A stretch of DNA of 64,000 bases. Source: Parcubacteria bacterium DG_74_1 (GTDB lineage: Bacteria; Patescibacteriota; Minisyncoccia; Minisyncoccales; DG-74-1). The notes below the pieces were generated by a model. It made no database searches. It was not told the DNA's origin and saw only the letters and a list, made by a program, of their open reading frames with translations. Below are positions 10,695 through 17,154 of this stretch, in pieces. Location of the stretch: the NCBI GenBank assembly GCA_001303125.1, contig LJNE01000002.1, positions 35,564-99,563 on the forward strand, in the 5' to 3' direction. Position 1 is the first letter of the stretch. Each line of letters starts with the position of its first letter. The translations under genes were made by a program, and so were the position numbers.

Positions 10695-11354
10695 CTATCC
10701 AACTAAAAGTGTCGAAACTATTCCAACCAGAAATATTCCGTCAAAAACGCCCGCTCCGCCAATTGATAAATATCCGCCGTATTTCCGAGCTTTTCTCAAA
10801 TTTAGCATATCAGCGCCGATCAAAGTTCCTAGAACGCCAGCGACAAAAGCAGTCGGCGCGGCAAACTCAGGAGCCAAGATCAAGGCAAAAATAGCTGAAA
10901 AAATCGGCGGAATAAAAAAAGGCAGGGTAATACCTCTGCCAGGGACGACTCTAGCTAAAAATTTAGTAAGAATAATCATAAAAAAAACGGCGACTAAAAC
11001 TGGCGCCAGTTCAACCCCCTGCTTCCAAAGTAAAAACAAAAAATAAAAAGAGAGTAAAATCGGCAAAAGCCCACCGCCCAAATTAATGGCCACTCCTTGA
11101 ATTTCAACCTGAGGTACCCGGAATAAACCGAAAAACCTTGCTCGGGTAGAATAAACCAATTTCTTTCTGGTTAAAGGAATATTAATACAAGAGCCGATTA
11201 AAATTAAAAAAAGTAAAAATATCGTTACACCGCTCGAAATCCCCAATCCTTCAAAGCTAAGGGTGATAATGTGGAAATAAGCCAAGGCTAATAAAATCGG
11301 CAAAAATAAAATAAAGAGTAGAAAAATTAGTAAAGCGATCGGGATAAAAATCAT
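10695..11354 (-). CDS. DUF1614-like membrane protein
   Basis: Multi-TM; AINLGG, GTLIGAD and SIGGAGVFDGIF motifs. Confidence 0.75.
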   Translation of the reverse strand: MIFIPIALLIFLLFILFLPILLALAYFHIITLSFEGLGISSGVTIFLLFLILIGSCINIPLTRKKLVYSTRARFFGLFRVPQVEIQGVAINLGGGLLPILLSFYFLFLLWKQGVELAPVLVAVFFMIILTKFLARVVPGRGITLPFFIPPIFSAIFALILAPEFAAPTAFVAGVLGTLIGADMLNLRKARKYGGYLSIGGAGVFDGIFLVGIVSTLLVG

Positions 11355-11369
11355 AGATAATGTTTTTAT

Positions 11370-13862
11370 TTAGCCATACTTAGGCCAACAACATTTTTTA
11401 TATTTTTTACCACTACCACAAGGACAGGGGTCGTTTCGTCCAGGTTTATTTTTCAATCGCTGATGATTGCCAACGGTGGTCACTTGTCGCTGGGTAGCCG
11501 GAATTGGTTGTTGAGTCTGCGGCTTCAAGGAAACCCTCAAAATCATATTAGCAATATTTGCTTCTATGTTAGCAATCAATCTCTGAAACATCTTGTGGCC
11601 CTCGCTTTTATATTCCACCAAGGGATCTCGCTGACCGTAAGCTCGTAATCTAACCGAATCCCTTAGCGCCTCCATTTCTTCCAAATGATTCATCCAAAAC
11701 ATATCAAGAGTCCTCAAGGCGACAAATTTAGCAACCTGATTAAAATTCTCTCCGAGTTCTTGCTCTTTCTGTGCCAAGGCTTTCTTTGCTTCGTCACTTT
11801 CAATCCAAGCTTCAATTTGCAATCGCCAATCTTCAGTTTGTAGTAATCCTTTTCTCTTTTTGTAAATCACTTCCCGGTGCTTGTTCAAGACGTCATCATA
11901 ATCCAATAAATGTTTCCTTGTATCAAAATTAAACCCCTCAATTTTTGACTGAGCCGATTCAATAGCGCCGGAAATCATTTTTGCTTCAATTGGCTGATCC
12001 TCGGGAATTTTTAAAAAGGTCATGAGGGATTTTATTCTTTCAGGGGCAAAAATCCTCATTAAATCGTCTTCCAAAGAAATAAAAAACTGTGAAGAGCCAG
12101 CATCTCCCTGTCTACCGCTCCGGCCTTGCAACTGGTTGTCAATTCTTCTGGCCTCATGCCGTTCCGAACCTATAACGTGGAGGCCGCCTGATTCTTTAAC
12201 TCTTCCAGCTCCTTCAGGATTTTGTGGATTTCCACCCAAAATAATATCTACTCCCCTACCCGCCATATTGGTAGCCACAGTTACTGCCCCTGCCTTTCCA
12301 GCCTGAGCAATAATTTCTCCCTCTCTTTCATGGTTGGTTGCATCTAAAACCTGACAGGTAATTCCTTCTCTTTCTAAAAGAGCTTTTATTATTCTGTTTT
12401 TTTCTATTGCCCCCATGGTGTATTGACCCACTGTAAAACCGCCCGTACCAATCAAGATCGGTTGACCTTTTTGGTGGCGCTCTTTTACTTCTTTCACTAA
12501 GGCTTTAAACTTCCCCTCTTTTGTTTTATAAATTCTGTCAGGTAAATCTTCTCTAATCATTGGTTCGTTTGTTGGCACAATAATCACCTCTAATTTATAA
12601 ACTTTATCAAATTCCTCAGCTGAAGTGACGGCTGTTCCGGTCATACCAGCTAATTTTTTATACATACGGAAATAGTTTTGAAAAGTGATTGAAGCTAAAG
12701 TTAAAGATTCCGGCTGAACCCGTACGCCCTCCTTCGCTTCAACCGCTTGATGTAATCCCCCTGACCACCTCCTGCCTGGCATTAATCTGCCAGTAAATTC
12801 ATCAACAATAATAATCTCGCCGTCTCTAATCACATAATCTCTGTCTTTCTTAAATAGAACTTCAGCCCTCAAGGCCTGCTCTAAATGATGAACGTATTTA
12901 ATTCCTTTTTCTTCATAAATATTGCCCATGCCCAAAATTTTCTCTACTTTATTGATTCCTTCTTCTGATAGACTAACTGTTCTTAATTTTTCATCTACCT
13001 GATAGTCGGTTTTAGCATTCAACCTAGGAATAATCCTGGCAAAGTCTTGGTACCACTTAGAGCTCTCCATATCAGGAGCCGAAATAATCAATGGCGTCCT
13101 GGCCTCGTCAATTAAAATTGAGTCTACTTCATCAACGATGGCAAAATTAAACTCTCGCTGAACCATCTGGTTCAAATCATAAACCATATTATCCCGTAGA
13201 TAATCAAACCCGAATTCGTTATTGGTACCATAAGTAATATCCGCCTCATAGGCCTCTTTTCTAGAACAAGGCCTCAAGTAATCTTCAACAACTTTAAATG
13301 CTCCTGTCGTGTCCCTTTTTTCGTCTAATTGTTCACTGTCCGCTGTTCTTTGTTTATTAATATATGTTGGATCATAAAGATACGCTGTATCGTGCACTAT
13401 ACATCCTGTTGACATACCAAGCGCATAATATATCTGCCCCATCCAGACCGTGTCACGCCTGGCTAAATAATCATTAACCGTTACCAGATGACAGCCCCTT
13501 CCTTCCAGAGCATTTAAATAGAGAGGAAGGGTGGCAGCTAGAGTTTTTCCTTCTCCGGTTTTCATTTCAGCAATTTTACCCTGATGTAAAACAATCCCGC
13601 CAATTAACTGGCAATCAAAGTGTCGTTGATTAAGAGTTCTCTTAGCCGCTTCACGAACCTGCGCAAAGGCGTCGGGCAAAATATTATCCAAAGATTCTCC
13701 TCTTCTCAATTTTTCTTTTAGTTCTTGGGTTTTGACTTTTAGTTGCTCATTAGAAAAAGCTTCGAATCGTGATTCGAGCTGATTGATTTTATCAACCGCT
13801 AGCTGGAGCTGTTTTAAATATTTCTCGTTGGCATCGCCAAAAATTTTATCAATAAGCCCCAT
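11370..13862 (-). CDS. secA: Preprotein translocase ATPase SecA
   Basis: MKTGEGKT, DEVDSILIDEAR, C-terminal SEC-C motif CPCGSGKKYKKCC. Confidence 0.97.
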   Translation of the reverse strand: MGLIDKIFGDANEKYLKQLQLAVDKINQLESRFEAFSNEQLKVKTQELKEKLRRGESLDNILPDAFAQVREAAKRTLNQRHFDCQLIGGIVLHQGKIAEMKTGEGKTLAATLPLYLNALEGRGCHLVTVNDYLARRDTVWMGQIYYALGMSTGCIVHDTAYLYDPTYINKQRTADSEQLDEKRDTTGAFKVVEDYLRPCSRKEAYEADITYGTNNEFGFDYLRDNMVYDLNQMVQREFNFAIVDEVDSILIDEARTPLIISAPDMESSKWYQDFARIIPRLNAKTDYQVDEKLRTVSLSEEGINKVEKILGMGNIYEEKGIKYVHHLEQALRAEVLFKKDRDYVIRDGEIIIVDEFTGRLMPGRRWSGGLHQAVEAKEGVRVQPESLTLASITFQNYFRMYKKLAGMTGTAVTSAEEFDKVYKLEVIIVPTNEPMIREDLPDRIYKTKEGKFKALVKEVKERHQKGQPILIGTGGFTVGQYTMGAIEKNRIIKALLEREGITCQVLDATNHEREGEIIAQAGKAGAVTVATNMAGRGVDIILGGNPQNPEGAGRVKESGGLHVIGSERHEARRIDNQLQGRSGRQGDAGSSQFFISLEDDLMRIFAPERIKSLMTFLKIPEDQPIEAKMISGAIESAQSKIEGFNFDTRKHLLDYDDVLNKHREVIYKKRKGLLQTEDWRLQIEAWIESDEAKKALAQKEQELGENFNQVAKFVALRTLDMFWMNHLEEMEALRDSVRLRAYGQRDPLVEYKSEGHKMFQRLIANIEANIANMILRVSLKPQTQQPIPATQRQVTTVGNHQRLKNKPGRNDPCPCGSGKKYKKCCWPKYG

Positions 13863-13937
13863 AACAGTAATAAATTATACAACAAAATTAGAGAGTTTCC
13901 AAAGTCAAAAGGAGTTTAACCCCTTTTTGTTTAGTAT

Positions 13938-14801
13938 CTAAGGTTCTGCTCTAAACACCGCCGAAGAAAAGTGAATCTCAGGAGAATAATATTTTGTTTT
14001 AATATTCAGTTTTTTATATTTTCTTTTTATTTCTTCAAAATTAATCTTATCGAAATTAATCTCTTTTGAGCCAAAGGAGAAAGTATGTTCGTCAAAAGGA
14101 AAACAGCCGACAAAAGCTTTGTGGATTTTAAAAAAGGGGAAAACTTTTTTAATTATCTTTCTGGCTTTTTTAGCAAATTTTTCTCCAAAATAAGCAGTCT
14201 GAAAAGCGGCCACGCCTTTCTTTTGAAGGGCCTTTAAAATGTCTTTGTAAAATTGGGCTCTCCAAAGAGCCAATGACAAGCTGTAAGGATCAGTTGAATC
14301 GCTAATAATGATATCGAAATAATTCTTATAATCTCTGACAAATTTTAATGCATCTTCATTAAATATTTTCAAGCGTTTATCATTAAAAGCTCCGCGGGAA
14401 ACCGATGACAAATATTTTTTTGAAACCTCAATTACTTTTTTATCAATATCAACTAAGAGAATTTCTTTAACTGATTTGTACTTAACAACTTCTCTAAGTG
14501 CTCCGCCGTCTCCGCCACCGACAATTAAAACTCTTTCCGGTCTTCTATGATAGAAAAAGGCCGGCTGAACCAGCATTTCGTGATAAATGGCTTCATATTT
14601 TGTTGAAAGCTGAATTAAGCCGTCGAGAGTTAAAATCCGGCCGAATTCTTTTGTCTCGAAAATCTTAATTTTTTGAAAATTGCTCCTCCCGGAATAAATT
14701 TCTTTTTCAATAAGAACTCCCCACGTAGAAGTTGGGGATTCGGTTGGTAACTTAAAGTCTTCGAAAAACCAATTTTTGCCAAAAAGAAATTTTTTAATCA
14801 T
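13938..14801 (-). CDS. speE: Polyamine aminopropyltransferase (spermidine synthase)
   Basis: FGRILTLDG, YHEML, GGGDGG, DSTDP. Confidence 0.9.
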   Translation of the reverse strand: MIKKFLFGKNWFFEDFKLPTESPTSTWGVLIEKEIYSGRSNFQKIKIFETKEFGRILTLDGLIQLSTKYEAIYHEMLVQPAFFYHRRPERVLIVGGGDGGALREVVKYKSVKEILLVDIDKKVIEVSKKYLSSVSRGAFNDKRLKIFNEDALKFVRDYKNYFDIIISDSTDPYSLSLALWRAQFYKDILKALQKKGVAAFQTAYFGEKFAKKARKIIKKVFPFFKIHKAFVGCFPFDEHTFSFGSKEINFDKINFEEIKRKYKKLNIKTKYYSPEIHFSSAVFRAEP

Positions 14802-14842
14802 TTACTTAGTTCTACTGGCAGGACGAAGTGAAAGAATGGGAT

Positions 14843-15286
14843 TTATGCTCTTCGTCCGAATCCCACGCCTCTTTTTATTTCTTTTATTTCAACTTTTTTA
14901 GGTTTAAATTCTTTTTTAAAATATTCTAAAGCTCTGTGAGGTATAGCTTGACATCCGCAAGTAAAAATATCAATTGCCAAGTAATTTATTTCCGGCCAGG
15001 AATGCAGGGCAATATGACTTTCGGCCAACAAAATAACCCCAGTTATTCCGTGGGGAGAGAATTTATAGATAGAAATTTTTAAAGGAATGTTCTTAGCTCT
15101 CTTTGCTGCCTCAATCAAAATTCTTTTTAGCTCTTTCGGGCTCTCAATGTTTTCTCCATGCCAAAATTCGGCGATCAGGTGAATGCCGGCGTATTTTTGC
15201 TTGCGCCAGAGGGTCACATAACTGTTCCTCCGGGGGATTTTCTTCTGAGGGATCCATAAAGTGGATCTCTTTGTTTTTTGAACCAT
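14843..15286 (-). CDS. speD: S-adenosylmethionine decarboxylase proenzyme
   Basis: GIHLIAEF, LAESHIALHSWPE (E-S cleavage site), DIFTCG. Confidence 0.92.
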   Translation of the reverse strand: MVQKTKRSTLWIPQKKIPRRNSYVTLWRKQKYAGIHLIAEFWHGENIESPKELKRILIEAAKRAKNIPLKISIYKFSPHGITGVILLAESHIALHSWPEINYLAIDIFTCGCQAIPHRALEYFKKEFKPKKVEIKEIKRGVGFGRRA

Positions 15287-15391
15287 ATTACTTTGGTTAA
15301 CCGCTTACACAGAAAAGTTTACAAGCTTTTCTTAGCTGACCGAGCATATGACAATTATGTGCCCGGAAAAACAAAGAGTGAAAAAAAGCGG

Positions 15392-15763
15392 TTAACGGAT
15401 TAAAACCCTATTTTTAATTTTCTTTGCTCCGAAAATTTTTTTGGTAAAATCGGTAGGTTTTCTTTCATTAAACAGCCTGCAAGAAAAAATATTAATGAAA
15501 CCTCGATTCCAGAGTTCGGGAAAATGACCAGTAAGAGAGCCCCTTTCTATCAGCTGGACCAAAGAAAATCCTGTAGCATAAGGATTATCTAAAGCAAATC
15601 TCTTACAAATTGGTTTACCATATCTTTTAATTTTTAGCAAGCGGTAAAGCTCTTTTAAGTATTGTAAAATCTTTTTCTTTGAGCGAATAACTTTCGGGTC
15701 ACAATCTAATAAATCCAAAATTAATTCCTTCCCCTATATTTTCTTTTCTATGCCGTCGGACAT
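15392..15763 (-). pseudogene. Second AdoMetDC-family gene with an in-frame TAG and a degenerate cleavage motif
   Basis: ATG at 15763 gives MSDGIEKKI*GKELILDLLDCD (TAG at 15734-15736). Downstream QLIERGSLTGHF...INIFSC resembles the AdoMetDC fold. Confidence 0.7.
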
Positions 15764-15820
15764 TTTAATTTTGTAATTAAATGCTTTAGTTTATGATAAT
15801 GAATTTGGATAAAAAAACAA

Positions 15821-15886
15821 CCCCCCCATCACTTCTAAATCGAAACTTTTTTAGGTTTCGCAATAATTTCAAAAGTGGTGGGGGGG
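15821..15886 (-). terminator. Long GC-clamped hairpin followed by a U-run (minus strand)
   Basis: cccccccatcactt / aagtggtggggggg arms with inner cgaaac/gtttcg; minus strand continues ttgttttttt. Confidence 0.65.
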
Positions 15887-15897
15887 CCAAGAAGATT

Positions 15898-15933
15898 TTA
15901 TCTCTTCTTCTTCTTCTTTCTTTTTTTTGGCAT
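15898..15933 (-). CDS. Putative 11-aa polybasic peptide MPKKRKKKKKR
   Basis: Read directly from the minus strand; TTGACA at 16018-16023 upstream and a terminator immediately downstream. Confidence 0.5.
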   Translation of the reverse strand: MPKKRKKKKKR

Positions 15934-16094
15934 GAGATTATTCTTTTTAAAGAAGATCAAACAAATATTCGACCACTATTTGTCTTTATTACTTTATTTT
16001 TTCATTTCAAGAAATTTTGTCAAGTGTGCATAACTCAAAAAATGCAAAATTCAAAACTCAAAACTCAAAATAATAAATTGAAATGTAAAATTTT

Positions 16095-16910
16095 TTAATT
16101 TTTAAACCCTAAGTATTGAATTTCTTCTTCTAATTTTATTTTAAACTTCTCTTTTATTGATTTTTTTACAAAACTTATTAATTTTTTAACATCTTTTGCC
16201 TTTGCATTTCCTAAATTGACAATAAAATTGGAATGTTTTTCAGAGATTTGAGCCTGGCCAATTTTTTTACCGGTTAAACCAGCTCGATCTATCAAGATTG
16301 CGGCCGGAGTATCGCCAATGCCCCGTCTAGTCCCATGAGAGCGAGTTGGATTTTTAAAGACACTCCCCGCTGAAGGCAACCGTGGGTGATGCTGCCTTCG
16401 GTAATCCAAATATTCTTTTATTTTCTTAGGGTTGCTCTTTTCTGATTTAATTTCTACCGAAAGAATAACTAAGTTTTTTCTTTTTTTGAAAATACTGTTG
16501 CGATAAGCGAACCGGCAATCCTTATTTTTAAAAGTTCTGAACTTCTCGGTTCTGGCGTCAAAAACTTCAACGCTTTTGACCGCGTCTTTCATTGATTTCC
16601 CAAAAGCGCCGGCATTACCGTAAACCGCTCCTTCAATAGTTCCCGGAATACCAGCTGCCCAATCCAGTCCCTTGGAAACGTACAACGACAACGATCTTCC
16701 GAACTTAATAACCACTCCTCTATAACCTTTATTGGAAATCAAGAGATTGCTACCTCCGCCCAAAATAAAAAATGGCAGTTTCATTTTTTTTGCAGAGTTG
16801 ACAGATTCTATTAGCTCCTTTTTCGTTCTAGCTTCAAAAAAATATTTTGCTCTTCCGCCAATTCTAAAAGTGGTATAATTTTTCAGTGAAATGTTTTTCT
16901 TAAATTTCAT
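16095..16910 (-). CDS. murB: UDP-N-acetylenolpyruvoylglucosamine reductase (short form)
   Basis: TTFRIGG, GGGSNLL, GIPGT, SAGSVFKNP, HSNFIVN. Confidence 0.93.
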   Translation of the reverse strand: MKFKKNISLKNYTTFRIGGRAKYFFEARTKKELIESVNSAKKMKLPFFILGGGSNLLISNKGYRGVVIKFGRSLSLYVSKGLDWAAGIPGTIEGAVYGNAGAFGKSMKDAVKSVEVFDARTEKFRTFKNKDCRFAYRNSIFKKRKNLVILSVEIKSEKSNPKKIKEYLDYRRQHHPRLPSAGSVFKNPTRSHGTRRGIGDTPAAILIDRAGLTGKKIGQAQISEKHSNFIVNLGNAKAKDVKKLISFVKKSIKEKFKIKLEEEIQYLGFKN

Positions 16911-16917
16911 TATTAAA

Positions 16918-16974
16918 GAGCCGGGAGAGTTAACTCCAATTCTAAGTCTTTAGTGAGTGCTATCCTCCCGGCCC
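16918..16974 (-). ncRNA. Structured hairpin RNA / murB 5' leader
   Basis: GGGCCGGGAG/CUCCCGGCUC stem starting just after an extended -10 (TGCTATAAT, 16981-16989). Confidence 0.5.
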
Positions 16975-17002
16975 AATTCTATTATAGCAAAAATCAAAAA
17001 AT

Positions 17003-17077
17003 AAAAAAACAACGAGCCTTACTATAGAAAGGCCCGCTGTCGACTTAGCGGAGTCGCGCTTTTGCGCTCACTCACTG
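17003..17077 (-). ncRNA. Putative ~75-nt small RNA with its own promoter and terminator
   Basis: Promoter 17083-17111; GCGC/GCGC hairpin; CGACU/AGUCG plus CCGCU/AGCGG possible pseudoknot; GGGCCUU/AAGGCUC terminator with U-run. Confidence 0.55.
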
Positions 17078-17082
17078 ATTAA

Positions 17083-17111
17083 ATATTAGCAAATTAAACA
17101 ATTTCTGTCAA
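17083..17111 (-). promoter_or_regulatory. Sigma70 promoter TTGACA-N17-TAATAT
   Basis: Exact -35, 17-bp spacer, TG before the -10. Confidence 0.7.
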
Positions 17112-17154
17112 CCCCTTTAAAATCTTGACCGGGGAAGTCGGCCTTTTCTAAAAT

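Noticed and set aside
15734-15736. Stop-codon reassignment or pyrrolysine read-through
   Set aside because: TAG terminates other genes here (e.g. ssb, speE) and no other in-frame stops were seen in conserved genes
15793-16098. 101-aa plus-strand ORF
   Set aside because: Runs through a hairpin, the antisense of the micro-ORF and a heptamer array; low complexity and opposite to local transcription signals
16928-16963. Possible CIRCE element (TAGCACTC...GAGTTAA on the minus strand)
   Set aside because: Spacer is about 18 nt rather than 9, the right arm is degenerate, and the downstream gene is murB rather than a chaperone
17003-17077. SRP RNA or Alu domain, tRNA or tmRNA identity for the small RNA
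   Set aside because: No SRP domain IV motif, the CCGCU/AGCGG order is opposite to the Bacillus-type Alu kissing loops, and there is no T-loop or acceptor stem
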